From IMG/VR virus record IMGVR_UViG_3300028805_000097, positions 1 to 64,000 of that record: a DNA stretch of 64,000 nucleotides, one strand, 5' to 3'. The DNA comes from an uncultured virus (IMG/VR IMGVR_UViG_3300028805_000097). Its lineage: Duplodnaviria > Heunggongvirae > Uroviricota > Caudoviricetes. The position numbers and the translations under genes were made by a program. How positions within the stretch are numbered: the stretch's first letter is position 1; each line of letters opens with the position of its first letter. Below the pieces are notes generated by a model. The model was not told where the DNA came from. It made no database searches and saw only the letters and a list, made by a program, of their open reading frames with translations. Below, piece by piece: positions 1 to 10,923 of this stretch.

Positions 1-133
1 TGGCATATGTATCACGCACAGCCTCATCAAGAAGAGTCTTGACTGCGCTCTCCGTATTTTCCTTCAAAGAATTTGCGAGTGTATTGTAATCCAATAAAGA
101 TTCCCTTACTACTTTGCTTCTAATCTTGCTCAT
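1..133 (-). CDS. 5' part of probable prohead core/scaffold protein (runs off window start)
   Basis: Read by hand: MSKIRSKVVRESLLDYNTLANSLKENTESAVKTLLDEAVRDTYA...; TATTTATA box upstream (167-174); divergent from prohead protease. Confidence 0.55.
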   Translation of the reverse strand, partial: MSKIRSKVVRESLLDYNTLANSLKENTESAVKTLLDEAVRDTYA

Positions 134-309
134 AGAAAATAGTTTAAATACGTTATTATTTTTAAATATAAATATACCACAAATACAAAAAAACTTTGTA
201 AATCCCTTAAAAAAGTTGATTTACAGTCATTTTCGCATATCCATGATTAAATAGTCTATTATATAAATATTTAAAGATTGCGAAATATTTATAATAAAAA
301 TTACTAGTA

Positions 310-1005
310 ATGAAAAAGGAACTCGAAATAATAAAGGAAGGTAAAACAGGTCATGGTATCCTCATAGAGAAGGACGGATACATGTTCCTCAAGAACCCTC
401 AGAAGATAACAGAAGGTATAGATGGGGAATGGAATGTACCACACCCATTCATTGTTGACGCTGTATTCCAAAAATTCGGTATTAAGAACGCTAACGGTAG
501 AATATATCCAGAGAACGTACTGAAGAAACAGGTTGAACTCTACCAGAAGAAAATACAAGAGAGTAACGCAATAGGTGAGCTTAACCACCCAGCAGAGTCA
601 ACAATAGACCTTGATAGAATCGCAATTAATATAACAGAGCTTCACTGGGAAGGTAGGACACTTGTCGGAAAGTGCATGATTAATACATCATACGGTTTCA
701 GAAAGTATGGAATAGTCTCAACACGTGGAGACCAAATGGCTAACCTTCTTCTCAATGGAATAAAGATTGGTGTATCTTCAAGAGGTGTAGGCTCAGTTGA
801 GCAGAAATTAGGACAATACATTGTAGGTGAAGACTTCGAACTCATATGCTGGGACGTTGTAAGTGAGCCTTCTACACCGAATGCATATATTTCTCTTAAT
901 GGAGAAGAAGGTATAAGAGCTTGGGTTGAATCAGATGAAACAAAGATAGATAAACCAAAACTTAATGAAAAAATAGAAAAAATAAAAAATATTTTGAATT
1001 CGTAG
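310..1005 (+). CDS. Prohead core protease (T4 gp21-like)
   Basis: Motifs KNANGRIYP, GELNHP, GVSSRGVGS, WDVVSEPSTPNA. Confidence 0.93.
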   Translation: MKKELEIIKEGKTGHGILIEKDGYMFLKNPQKITEGIDGEWNVPHPFIVDAVFQKFGIKNANGRIYPENVLKKQVELYQKKIQESNAIGELNHPAESTIDLDRIAINITELHWEGRTLVGKCMINTSYGFRKYGIVSTRGDQMANLLLNGIKIGVSSRGVGSVEQKLGQYIVGEDFELICWDVVSEPSTPNAYISLNGEEGIRAWVESDETKIDKPKLNEKIEKIKNILNS

Positions 1006-1006
1006 C

Positions 1007-1040
1007 AAAAAAAAAAGCGAGACAAACGTCTCGCTTTTTA
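1007..1040. terminator. Bidirectional intrinsic terminator
   Basis: A-tract, GCGAGAC/GTCTCGC stem, T-tract between convergent genes. Confidence 0.75.
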
Positions 1041-1241
1041 TTGTATTGGAAAGTCAGCTGCGCCTGGCAGTTGTTTATCAAAAGTTTCATAATCCATTTT
1101 TCCCACAAGTCCTTCATCGTGGTTATCATCCTCTTTCTGTGAGGCAAATGGGTCTTGAGGACTGTCGGCATATTCACCAGCCACAATCTCTCTTAATGCC
1201 TTTCTGAACTTCTCTTCTGATATATTTACAATCTTGCTCAT
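1038..1241 (-). CDS. Small acidic protein, putative internal head protein
   Basis: N-terminus KIVNISEEKFRKALRE; TATTTATA box at 1258-1265. Confidence 0.6.
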   Translation of the reverse strand: MSKIVNISEEKFRKALREIVAGEYADSPQDPFASQKEDDNHDEGLVGKMDYETFDKQLPGAADFPIQ

Positions 1242-1270
1242 AATCTTCTTATTTTAATATAAATATATCA

Positions 1271-1705
1271 TTACTTCCTCTTTTCTATCTGAAAATCGTT
1301 TTCTCTAAAGGAATACACCAGATTATTCGATATTGTACTCACCTTTCCCCTCAATAACGGCTGGAGTGATGCAAGCTCCTTCTTGTTCTTCTCGCTCTGC
1401 CTCAAGTAGAAATCAAACGACAGGAACATCTTGTGCGATGGTGATAACCTCTCAGAATTTACATCAAAATCCAGTATAAACTTCTTGTCAAAATTGACAC
1501 CATCAGTCATGATGTTCTTGATGTTCTTTCTCATATCTTTCTCGATATTTGATACCACCTTTGGATAATCCATTTGGTGTAGAGGACAAACCCAACATTT
1601 TCCAGAAATGTATATAACCTGTGGGTTGTCCCTATTAACCGTTCCGTATTTTAAAACAATGTGGTTACATACATCTAACTTATACTCTTTCCTTAATTTC
1701 TTCAT
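1271..1705 (-). CDS. Hypothetical protein (start revised to MKKLRKEY)
   Basis: The upstream in-frame extension runs through a terminator and T-tracts. Confidence 0.7.
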   Translation of the reverse strand: MKKLRKEYKLDVCNHIVLKYGTVNRDNPQVIYISGKCWVCPLHQMDYPKVVSNIEKDMRKNIKNIMTDGVNFDKKFILDFDVNSERLSPSHKMFLSFDFYLRQSEKNKKELASLQPLLRGKVSTISNNLVYSFRENDFQIEKRK

Positions 1706-1804
1706 GTTATATTTTTTTTTGCATATAAAATATAACAAAAAAAGTTGGAAAAACAAGAGATATACAGAAATAAAAAATGCAGCCATCACTGACTGCATTT
1801 TATT

Positions 1805-3589
1805 TTAGTATGGGAACACATATCCACTGTTAGGTGACATATACCAATATGTGCTTGTAATCCTATTCTGTCCCCAGTTGTTAAACTCTGAGTAAGCGTT
1901 CTTGATGCATACCTTCTCAAGTGGGTACTTGAAATCGTATGGAATCATTATACCATGAGGGTCTTCTCCAACTTCAGAAAGCTTTACTACATTTCCAGTT
2001 GTCAAGTCAACAATGTATGGCTGAGTGTCCTTGTCCAAGAAACTGAATGCCTTTGCAACCTTCACCCTATCTGTCACTGGGTCTATTAGCCGCTCACCAG
2101 CCTGTGTGTTGACATATCCACCAGTCACTCCGAACATAGCGTGTACCTCTATGTTACTGTTAATCTTAGTTCCATTTATATTCATTATCCTAAGCTCATC
2201 ATAAGCACCACACGCAACGACTGAGTACTCGATGGTTGTCTCGTCAATTCTGTTAGCCTTGATAACCACATCGTTCATGTCGTAATCACCAAGCTCAGTG
2301 TCCTCGAAGCAATATGTATAGACATTGTTCTCGAACTCTGGTATAAATATGATTGGCTCAACACCACCCTCAACCTCAAGGATGATGTCGTTAAAGTCAC
2401 TGTCCGTTCCAGACTCAACACATGCATACATCCTGGTGTTGACTGTTATCCAGCCCATACGAGGACCATCGCTTCCAAGGTTTGAACTTTTAAAATTCCC
2501 AAAGCTGTTGATATTGCTATTCAACCTACCATCACCATAGAGTTCTCCCTGTTTCTTCTTACCATCAGCCGTAGTCTTAGCACGTACCATGAAGCCAATC
2601 TTATAACCCTCTGGGAATACATAAGAACCAGTAGTACCTATTGATGGCTCTCCATCACCCCAATATATCAATGGATAGGCAGCACGTTTGCTAATAACGT
2701 CATCCTCAGTCTCTCCGAAGTGGTTGCAGAATGATAACAGCTTGTACTTAGGGAGGCTATTAAGGAATGCCACCTCATCCTGTCCTGCAAGGTCTGACTC
2801 CTTGAAGTAATAGTAATAAAGGTCTGAGTTCCATATCTCGTTACCATACTTCGTTGCCTTATCACTCTTATATACAGGACATACAACAATAGGGTCTTTA
2901 CCTGTTGTGATAGGATACACAGATGCATTGAAATATCCACTAGCCTCAATAAGTGGAAGGTTGTTGTACTGTCTTCCGTTCTTGAAATAAGAGAATATGA
3001 TACTTCTGAATACTGCCTTAAATGCATCGCTATAGTCAGAAGCTGCAATAGATGGTGTCCCATCTGGGTCGTAAAGAACCTGTCCTGGAATCCAACCACG
3101 CTGGCTTGCGTATGACTCTACTGTAGAACCAATTAAAGGTGTGCCACCTGGCATTGTGTATTCGTTTGATAATGCCCTTGTTCTTGCCTCACCGACCTCA
3201 CCTAACTTTTTAGTGATACATGAACCATTTGAAATAAATGAGACGAACATTCCCAGGTTGTCAACTGGTATGTCGTATGAGAGCGATATACTTGCCTGCC
3301 CCTTAACCTCAGCCTCGTTAAGCGTGAGAAGTGATGTCGTTGTATCATTCTCAGCAACGTATACCAACAGCTGTACCTTCTCAGTCCCAGCTGGTATTCC
3401 ATTGATTACAGCCACACCAGACTTGGTTGTACACCAGTCATGGTTAGCGTCAAACTCAACTCCGAAAACCTTCTTAACGTTTTCTTTAATCTGTTCACTT
3501 GTGACATTACTTTCACTAGTGAATTCATGCTTCATACACCCTGTTAATAGGAGTGTACCCATAAGCATACAAACTAATCCCTTTTTCAT
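1805..3589 (-). CDS. Bacteroidota-type lipoprotein, LruC/DUF4842-like
   Basis: Lipobox LLLTGC; repeated acidic motifs ESGTDSDFNDII and CFEDTELGDYDMNDVV. Confidence 0.75.
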   Translation of the reverse strand: MKKGLVCMLMGTLLLTGCMKHEFTSESNVTSEQIKENVKKVFGVEFDANHDWCTTKSGVAVINGIPAGTEKVQLLVYVAENDTTTSLLTLNEAEVKGQASISLSYDIPVDNLGMFVSFISNGSCITKKLGEVGEARTRALSNEYTMPGGTPLIGSTVESYASQRGWIPGQVLYDPDGTPSIAASDYSDAFKAVFRSIIFSYFKNGRQYNNLPLIEASGYFNASVYPITTGKDPIVVCPVYKSDKATKYGNEIWNSDLYYYYFKESDLAGQDEVAFLNSLPKYKLLSFCNHFGETEDDVISKRAAYPLIYWGDGEPSIGTTGSYVFPEGYKIGFMVRAKTTADGKKKQGELYGDGRLNSNINSFGNFKSSNLGSDGPRMGWITVNTRMYACVESGTDSDFNDIILEVEGGVEPIIFIPEFENNVYTYCFEDTELGDYDMNDVVIKANRIDETTIEYSVVACGAYDELRIMNINGTKINSNIEVHAMFGVTGGYVNTQAGERLIDPVTDRVKVAKAFSFLDKDTQPYIVDLTTGNVVKLSEVGEDPHGIMIPYDFKYPLEKVCIKNAYSEFNNWGQNRITSTYWYMSPNSGYVFPY

Positions 3590-3705
3590 ATTAAAAAGCA
3601 TATTATCCTATAAATATCTACAAAGATATATAAAAAAAAATGACAATTCCAAATTTTAAGACATAAAAATGGAGATAGATTCGAATCTACCTCCATTATT
3701 TTTTG

Positions 3706-4026
3706 TTATGCTATTGTTACATTTGGGTCATTCCCAAGGGTTCTATTAACAGAATCATATCCAAGCTGTCCACAAAGATAAAGTGATTTATCAATTAATC
3801 TTGCAGCCTCTATTATTGCATCAGCCAATGCCTTTTCAGTTGATGAAGGTGAAGGTGATGCGAATGGTATAAAACCACTGTTCATAATGTCATTAAGAAA
3901 GGCTTTTGCCTGCTTAAGGTCTTCTGTTGCAGTCCCCATCTGTCCTTCCCTCAATATCTTCTGTGCTGATTCCTTCACAATGTTACGAAGGTCTTTCTCT
4001 GTAAGTTTTATAATTCGTTTTGCCAT
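3706..4026 (-). CDS. Putative internal head protein with LTE..L..IVKES leader
   Basis: MAKRIIKLTEKDLRNIVKESAQKILRE. Confidence 0.7.
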   Translation of the reverse strand: MAKRIIKLTEKDLRNIVKESAQKILREGQMGTATEDLKQAKAFLNDIMNSGFIPFASPSPSSTEKALADAIIEAARLIDKSLYLCGQLGYDSVNRTLGNDPNVTIA

Positions 4027-4037
4027 AATTGTATATT

Positions 4038-4973
4038 TTATTTATCCAGGAGTATGTCCCTTATTTCAAGTAATTTCGCTATATCCTTCACTATTGATTC
4101 CTTGTTGAATTTCTGTTCCTCAAGCTGTTTCTTAAGAGCCTCCAACTCAACGTTGCCTTCGTCCTCCTTGAGCATATCATTAACCTTGTCAATGCACTCA
4201 TTCTTGAACTTGTTGAAAAGTTTCTCCTTCCTCTGCTCAGCAAGTGGGCTTCTCCAGTTCGTAATCTGCTGTACAAAGGACATTTCAGACTCTGTAAGGG
4301 TATCCTTCAACTTCTCCTCAAACTCCCTAATAAGCTGACTTGGGTCAACAGTTTCCTTAACAACGTCGTTCTTATGAGCCTCCATGTAGTTTGAAAGAGA
4401 ATTAAGGCTCTCAGTCAATGCAACCACATTATTAAGGTTCTTCTTTCTGGTAAGTATAATATGACCAGCGTCATAGAGCTTTTTCTCTTCCTCCGTAAGG
4501 AACTCAGTAGGCATGATGTTGTTTTCTTTCAATACTTTCCTAAACTTCTTATTTGACTCTATGATTGTATCCTTGTCAATAAACTTATATGTCTCAGCTG
4601 TCTCATTGAACTTACCCAATAGTGTAACTGGGTCAATTGTCTCAGTTATCTTGCCCTTATATTTTCTTATGGTATCGTAGAAGCTAAACTCAGATGAAAG
4701 GTTTTGGTCTTCCTTAATAAGCTTCATGACCTTCCTAACAGCAGCCTTATTGGTCTTGAACAACTCTGGCAACCTGCTCTCAAAAATGTGATTGAGTACA
4801 CCGAAGTTGGTGGTATCAAGCTGCTTCTCAAGTTCCTTCTCTTGTCTACGCTCTTTTATCGCTTCTTTAAGCATCTCCACAGCGGCATCAAAGGCATCGT
4901 AATTCTCCCTATCACATGCCTCTGCGATGATGTTTATATAGTTTGTAAACTCTTCCTTATATTTCTTGTTCAT
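4038..4973 (-). CDS. Helical/coiled-coil head-module protein
   Basis: 311-aa ORF adjacent to portal; TATTTATA box at 4990-4997. Confidence 0.7.
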   Translation of the reverse strand: MNKKYKEEFTNYINIIAEACDRENYDAFDAAVEMLKEAIKERRQEKELEKQLDTTNFGVLNHIFESRLPELFKTNKAAVRKVMKLIKEDQNLSSEFSFYDTIRKYKGKITETIDPVTLLGKFNETAETYKFIDKDTIIESNKKFRKVLKENNIMPTEFLTEEEKKLYDAGHIILTRKKNLNNVVALTESLNSLSNYMEAHKNDVVKETVDPSQLIREFEEKLKDTLTESEMSFVQQITNWRSPLAEQRKEKLFNKFKNECIDKVNDMLKEDEGNVELEALKKQLEEQKFNKESIVKDIAKLLEIRDILLDK

Positions 4974-5044
4974 ATCATTACATTTTCTTTATAAATATTT
5001 TCCAAACATAAAAAGCGTGACATCCGCATCACGCTTTTTACTTT

Positions 5045-7090
5045 TTATATCTCATCCTCTGCATCCTTATCGTCAACAAACTTTCCAAGGGCATTAATCA
5101 TGTTGTCGAACTCCTCATTTACAAGTAGTGACTCACTATCATATACCTTAGCCCTCTCATACTTCGTCTCCTTAGGTGAATGGGTATGCCCAGTCAGTGA
5201 AGAAAGATACTGTTCAAATAAGTTAGACTGCTCATTAATTATCTTCTTATTCCTTCTGGTACTTTCATTTGCCTGTCCTGTCTGGTCTGGTGTCATGTCA
5301 GCAGTAGGCATTGAGCCTTCCTGTCCTGCTAGGTCTCCACTATCATCAGCTCCAGGTGCTCCCATTGCATCCATTTCACTTCCGAAGTCAGCTGCTGGAG
5401 GTGGTGGTGCTCCCATACCTCCTCCTCCACCAGCACCGCCATCTGCTCCTGGCATACCGCCTTGCTGGTCGTCCATGTACTCTGCTCCTGGCTCACCATA
5501 GATTCTATCAACCGTATCGAAGATACCAGTCTTCTTAATAATCTGTGCTGTCTTCTCAAGTTCAGCAGCAATACCCTTCTCAAGACGTATCTCCTCAAGG
5601 TTCTCCTTGATTTCCTTGTCAGACCATTTCATAATCTGCTTCAATGCACGAGTCTGTGACATTACTGGTAGACCGTTACCTGGGTCTGAAACCGCATCCC
5701 TAACTGCATCAATCTTTTTCTGCATGTTCTCAATCTCAAGCTGTTCTGCCTGTGTTGATGGGTTGTTCATTGACAATGTGAAGTTGGTCAACTCATCGTC
5801 GAAGCCAAGCAAGAACAAATGGATTGTTGCAACCTTTGTAAGCTCCATCAAGAATGCCTGCTGTATCCTGTTGACTGTCCTTGTAAACCTTATGTCCATA
5901 AGTGCAAGGTTCTTACCCTCTCCAGCAGCCTCGTCAAAGTTCAAGAACGACCTAGGTATTCTAAGGGCTGTGAGCACCTTATTCTGTACGAACTTGATGT
6001 CATCAAGGGCTGTCATGTTCTGTGCAGCAGAAAGCGTGTCAATAGGCGTAGGAGCGTTCTCATCACGCACTGGTATAAATATATCCTGGTCAACTGACAG
6101 GATGTTCTTTCTCAAGTCAACCTGTCCCGTGATTGGGTCGATGATTGGGGTTCTCTTAAACTCATTTGCAATCTGCTCTATGTATGCTGGTACATCGGCA
6201 TCGTCGATAGCTCCAACGAATATCTTGTACACACGTCTTTCAATTGAACGCTCAAGACGATAAATAAGCATCATATCTTCCATAAGTGACAGCATTCTCC
6301 AGTGTCTACGCGCAGCATTCAAGTAGCTAACACCGTAAGGCAGATAGAGTGAGTTGGTAAGGAGTCTGAAGTGTGCAACCTGCCAGTCCCTAAATGGAAT
6401 CTGTGACTGGTTGTCGTCAATCCAAACGAACTGTGTTGACAGGTCGTTGTCCTTCAATACCACATTGTTGACAGCTATTGACATAGCCTGTCCGTATGGG
6501 TTCTGTATACCATTCTCGATTCTCTCCACATTGAATACTGGCATTTGTTTCCATCCCTTGATACCGTTCTTGTGGTCAATATCCAGCAACATAAACTGGT
6601 TTCCGTACTTACACATAGCACGGATAATCATCTGTCCCGTAAGCTGTATGTTAAGCCTGTTGACGAACAAATCCTCAAGAATGTTACGTATTCTGTCTGA
6701 CTTAGAGTATACGTTAACCACCATTCCCTTATCATTCACGATGGTACTCTCCTCCGACACAATGTCAAGTGCAGCACCTATCTCTGGGAATGCGTCCATC
6801 AGCTCAGCATCACGATACATCAGCTTAACATTATTTAAGCCTGCATATGCTGAAACTGACAGGTTAACGTTAGCCTTAACCCATCTTTCCTTGAGAAACT
6901 TATCCTGCTGAAGCTCCAGCTTTTTCTGTAAATAATCTTCCTTGTTATCGGTAGTGTAAAGCACCTTACCCTTAGGCTCTGATAGGTCATACGAATTAAC
7001 GTGTGGCGCAATAGCATCAGTTGGTGATTTCCAGTTACCAGTAATTGCCCTGTCAAGGGCTTGAAAGACTGTAGGTTTCTTCTTAGCCAT
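5045..7090 (-). CDS. Portal protein (T4 gp20-like) with Gly/Pro/acidic C-terminal extension
   Basis: YGVSYLNAARRHWRMLSLMEDMMLIYRLERSIERRVYKIFVG, DIFIPVR, ALRIPRSFL. Confidence 0.92.
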   Translation of the reverse strand: MAKKKPTVFQALDRAITGNWKSPTDAIAPHVNSYDLSEPKGKVLYTTDNKEDYLQKKLELQQDKFLKERWVKANVNLSVSAYAGLNNVKLMYRDAELMDAFPEIGAALDIVSEESTIVNDKGMVVNVYSKSDRIRNILEDLFVNRLNIQLTGQMIIRAMCKYGNQFMLLDIDHKNGIKGWKQMPVFNVERIENGIQNPYGQAMSIAVNNVVLKDNDLSTQFVWIDDNQSQIPFRDWQVAHFRLLTNSLYLPYGVSYLNAARRHWRMLSLMEDMMLIYRLERSIERRVYKIFVGAIDDADVPAYIEQIANEFKRTPIIDPITGQVDLRKNILSVDQDIFIPVRDENAPTPIDTLSAAQNMTALDDIKFVQNKVLTALRIPRSFLNFDEAAGEGKNLALMDIRFTRTVNRIQQAFLMELTKVATIHLFLLGFDDELTNFTLSMNNPSTQAEQLEIENMQKKIDAVRDAVSDPGNGLPVMSQTRALKQIMKWSDKEIKENLEEIRLEKGIAAELEKTAQIIKKTGIFDTVDRIYGEPGAEYMDDQQGGMPGADGGAGGGGGMGAPPPPAADFGSEMDAMGAPGADDSGDLAGQEGSMPTADMTPDQTGQANESTRRNKKIINEQSNLFEQYLSSLTGHTHSPKETKYERAKVYDSESLLVNEEFDNMINALGKFVDDKDAEDEI

Positions 7091-7170
7091 TATATTATTG
7101 TTTATTAAAATATAAGATAATTCTATATAAATATAAATATTAAATTACACTTATTTAACGCTACTAAACA

Positions 7171-9051
7171 TTACTTATAGCCGCCAAACAACCACATACA
7201 GTTTCCATATTGCATACTGCTGTAATTGTTCTTCATCTTATCCTGCTTATAGAATGGTAGACCAACACCTGGTGCTATGCTTCTTCCATTCTCCATCTTA
7301 GGCTTACTTACGTGGAATGAGTTAGTCATCATGTATGAACTAAGTATTGCCTTATCCTTCTTAACGGTGTTAAGCAACCTGTTGAATGAGTACTGCATGA
7401 CGAATAGTCCCATAGCAAGAGACGTAATCGTATCATCATGAGCACCATCCATATGGTCCATCCTCGCATTGTCACCCTTGAATATCCAGGTGTCAAGCTC
7501 ATTAATAACCCTTGCAGACCTAATCTTGAACTCATTGTTTCTAACCAATCCAGCGAAGTTAGCCAATACTGGATATCTGTTACCCTGGAAGTGGAAACCA
7601 GGAAGCTTATCTGTATAGCTGTCATAAACTTTCGTAGCCCTCTGCAACATATACGTCTTCTGATTCATATCCTCATAGTACATGTTCTTGTAGCCCATTT
7701 GAAGCATCGTAATGATACAGGCATCACCCTGTCCTCCAGTAGCATCTACGACAACGAAAGCGTCGTTATACATTGTAGCATACTGATAAGCAATAGCACC
7801 TATATCGTCACCAAGTCTCTTTCCAACATATTCAGCAACCTGTTCAATGATAGGCATACCATTCTCATCCCTACCGTCCATATCGATAATCTCTATGGCT
7901 GTTCTATCGGCTGCTGTACCCCTAGAAGGGTCAACAGCACATATATACCTGTGTCCCTCAATCGGCTGCTTCCAGAACCATGTCTCTTCTACCAGTGGGT
8001 CTTTGAAATCATCAAGCGGCTCTCTTACATTAAGCTTATCCTGCATTTCAATGTACTCTGGTGCGATAACGTTATCAGAAGAACCCATGAACGACACATC
8101 AAGCTCCTGTGCAATCTTCATGGAGTCGTTGTTGAACTGTTTGCACATTTCATCATACCAAGGAGCGTCTGGTGTCCATCCGTCGTGCTCAAGTCTAGCC
8201 CATCTTTCCTCGTCGTACTTGATTCCACCTTCCTCGTCAACAATTGGGTCTTGGTCGAACATCCACTCACCAGTCTCCTCGTTCTTCTTCTTCCATACAA
8301 GGTACTTGTTGAAACGTGGGTCTTGATACCATCTGAACTGTACTGCCACAAAGTTGTTTTCGTGGCTCAGAGCCTGTCTATAGGTGTTGTAGTACAACTC
8401 ATCCTTACCGTTAGGCGTTGACACCATGACGGTCTTAGAATTAGGGTTAGAAGCCATTGTAGCAGCAGCTGTGGTAAATGCAGCCACACCTTCTTCAATG
8501 AATGCAGCCTCGTCAAGAATCAATACAGATACAGCCGAGATACCACGAGATGCATTAGGACCTGATGCACGTGCTATAACCCTGCAACCGTTAAACAGTT
8601 TCAACTCACCCTTTGCATCTTTCAAGAAAATTGATGTGATGTTTTTATCGGAATTAGGGTCTGGAGAAAAATATTCGTCACCCCAATACCACCTTGGTAC
8701 TTGTTCAAGAAAATCCCTAACCTTGATAATAATTTCCTGTGCCTGCTCAAGTTTGTTTGCGATACACAGGATTGTTTCTGGCGCATCCTTTGGGGCAAAT
8801 GCACACTGGGCTGCTGCCCAAGCACTTGATAGGGTTGTGATACCACACTGTCTTGGCTTAACAGCTACTACATTTCTATTCTCCGAAAGGGCTTTCAAGA
8901 ACGCTCTCTGTCTTGGAAAACAGTGAAACTGTGTTTTCTTACCCTTTATAGCATTGAATGTACTAAAATATTTCTCTATGAATGTGATTCTGGACTTGTC
9001 AGCGTAACAAGTTGCATAATCTATGGCCATTTCCTGTCTGTCGTATATCAT
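7171..9051 (-). CDS. terL: Terminase large subunit (T4 gp17-like)
   Basis: KPRQCGITT Walker A region, LILDEAAF Walker B, STPNG motif, nuclease domain AVDPSRG...HDDTI. Confidence 0.95.
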   Translation of the reverse strand: MIYDRQEMAIDYATCYADKSRITFIEKYFSTFNAIKGKKTQFHCFPRQRAFLKALSENRNVVAVKPRQCGITTLSSAWAAAQCAFAPKDAPETILCIANKLEQAQEIIIKVRDFLEQVPRWYWGDEYFSPDPNSDKNITSIFLKDAKGELKLFNGCRVIARASGPNASRGISAVSVLILDEAAFIEEGVAAFTTAAATMASNPNSKTVMVSTPNGKDELYYNTYRQALSHENNFVAVQFRWYQDPRFNKYLVWKKKNEETGEWMFDQDPIVDEEGGIKYDEERWARLEHDGWTPDAPWYDEMCKQFNNDSMKIAQELDVSFMGSSDNVIAPEYIEMQDKLNVREPLDDFKDPLVEETWFWKQPIEGHRYICAVDPSRGTAADRTAIEIIDMDGRDENGMPIIEQVAEYVGKRLGDDIGAIAYQYATMYNDAFVVVDATGGQGDACIITMLQMGYKNMYYEDMNQKTYMLQRATKVYDSYTDKLPGFHFQGNRYPVLANFAGLVRNNEFKIRSARVINELDTWIFKGDNARMDHMDGAHDDTITSLAMGLFVMQYSFNRLLNTVKKDKAILSSYMMTNSFHVSKPKMENGRSIAPGVGLPFYKQDKMKNNYSSMQYGNCMWLFGGYK

Positions 9052-9150
9052 AATTGTAACTTTTTAAATTTTAATAAATATAGCATTAACATTAAAAAAT
9101 ATCAAATTTCATATATAAATATTAGGACAAAAAAAGAGTAACCAATTTGG

Positions 9151-10365
9151 CTACTCTGGTTCTTCTGTAATTACATCATCATCATTTTCATCACCGTCAA
9201 GCTCGAAACCATCAAGCTCCGCTGCTGTAAAGTAACTATCTGCAATTACTGATTTATCTACATTTCTTACATTAATCCTGTTCTTAAACTCTTGGTATCC
9301 AGAATTATATGTTGCTTTCTCAAGCATATCTTTCATAATCTGTTCTCCCTTCTGTGTTCCAGAAAGTATCTCCCTCATGGCTATATTAAACTCATCACCA
9401 GGTAGTGATATTAATTCCATGAATACGTAAGGTACAATGTTACTATCACCAATACCTCCAAATATCATATCCCACATTTTCACGCCAAGCCTCATATCCC
9501 AAGGTTCTGCAAGTATGAAGTCAGACTTTCTTATTACGTATTGAGCTTTCTGTTTATCTTTTGGGAGTCCATATACAGAGAAAAGTTCAAATAATCCCTT
9601 TACAGTATCATGTAGTAACAATGGGAATATGACACCCTGCGCTTCTATGTTTGATTTACCTCCATTAGTACCAAGGTGTACCTCTACATATGACCCCTGC
9701 TTAGGGTTTTCGTCTTCCAATACTTCTTGAGTTGTAAACAAGAGGTATTCATTGATTGTCATAATTTGGTCATATAATTGTGGAAGTTCCTGGTTAATCT
9801 TCGCAATGTCAGATTCGTAGAATAGTTTGCTTGAAGAATAACCCTTTGAAGCACCCATGATAAGTGAGTTAATAAATCTTCTCTTAGCTATAGCCTTCTT
9901 GGAGAGTTCCTTTTCATCAATATCCTTAAACTGATACTTCGTCTCATTGGAATCCTCTGGTGTAACCCCTATGGATGTCTTGAACTTAACCTTATCCACA
10001 AGTTTACACTTTAGGTTAATAGCACCCTCTGGAATGGCAAACATCTTATTTACTGCATTCTCGCATATCTTCTCTAGTGAATCCCTAACAGGTTTCTCCA
10101 GTTCCTTGCACCTTGTGACAAGTGAACTTAGTAAAGAAGTAAGACTGTCAGTGTCAGTAATCTCTATACCAACATCCTTCATTGCGAGGCATACATCGTT
10201 GTATCTCTCTTTCAATATGACATAATCAAAAGGATAATCATCCTCACCTGGAAACGCTGGATTGTCCCCAAGTGAAGTCTGATGGTCTTTTACCGCCTTA
10301 AACAAGAAATCTGGTAAAAGAAGTTGTTTACTCAATTGTCCCTCTCTTATGTATATCTTCTTCAT
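9151..10365 (-). CDS. Hypothetical head-module protein
   Basis: 404-aa ORF in late operon; N-terminus MKKIYIREGQL. Confidence 0.7.
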   Translation of the reverse strand: MKKIYIREGQLSKQLLLPDFLFKAVKDHQTSLGDNPAFPGEDDYPFDYVILKERYNDVCLAMKDVGIEITDTDSLTSLLSSLVTRCKELEKPVRDSLEKICENAVNKMFAIPEGAINLKCKLVDKVKFKTSIGVTPEDSNETKYQFKDIDEKELSKKAIAKRRFINSLIMGASKGYSSSKLFYESDIAKINQELPQLYDQIMTINEYLLFTTQEVLEDENPKQGSYVEVHLGTNGGKSNIEAQGVIFPLLLHDTVKGLFELFSVYGLPKDKQKAQYVIRKSDFILAEPWDMRLGVKMWDMIFGGIGDSNIVPYVFMELISLPGDEFNIAMREILSGTQKGEQIMKDMLEKATYNSGYQEFKNRINVRNVDKSVIADSYFTAAELDGFELDGDENDDDVITEEPE

Positions 10366-10853
10366 TAAATACTTTTCAAAAATTCTGTAAGCTCTGACTT
10401 TGTAAATGGTATTGAGTTCTCCCTCATTTCATCCATAGTTTTCTTTGAAGCAACCGATGAGTTCTCCATTGCACCGTTTCTCTGTTTTGTTCCGTCAACG
10501 AACTTAACATCAAGGTTAGACTTTTCTGTAGGATTCATTCTGTTCAGTATGTTCTGCGTTTGCTGTATTGACTGTGGACTCTTAACGTCTGTTGTTATAA
10601 CAGGGTCTTGTGACACACCATTTGCTGAATTACCATTTCCTAATGTAATATCATCTGCACTACCAGTAACATCAGTTAGGTTTCCGTTTGCAGCCAGTTT
10701 TGTTGCAGCATCACGTGCAGCAGCACTTACATTTGCAGCACTCCTCTCAAAACCACTGACCCCAGATTCCTTTAATACCAAATCCTTCTTGGAAAATACC
10801 TTACCTTCGCCAAGAAGCTTCAACATCTTATCTTTTTTAACGTATACTTTCAT
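10365..10853 (-). CDS. Hypothetical head-module protein (start revised to MKVYVKKD)
   Basis: TATTTATA box at 10868-10875 lies inside the longer predicted ORF. Confidence 0.65.
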   Translation of the reverse strand: MKVYVKKDKMLKLLGEGKVFSKKDLVLKESGVSGFERSAANVSAAARDAATKLAANGNLTDVTGSADDITLGNGNSANGVSQDPVITTDVKSPQSIQQTQNILNRMNPTEKSNLDVKFVDGTKQRNGAMENSSVASKKTMDEMRENSIPFTKSELTEFLKSI

Positions 10854-10923
10854 AAGATTAATTTTAATATAAATATATAAGACAATGAAAAAGGGACACT
10901 GCAAGCAGTATCCCCTTTTTATT

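Noticed and set aside
5100..8926. Long antisense ORFs over portal and terminase (e.g. 7438..8421, 5607..6263)
   Set aside because: Shadow frames of codon-biased real genes; no motifs or promoters
7171..9051. Intein or intron in terminase
   Set aside because: Length and motif spacing are normal; no intein Cys..His-Asn boundaries or homing-endonuclease motif seen
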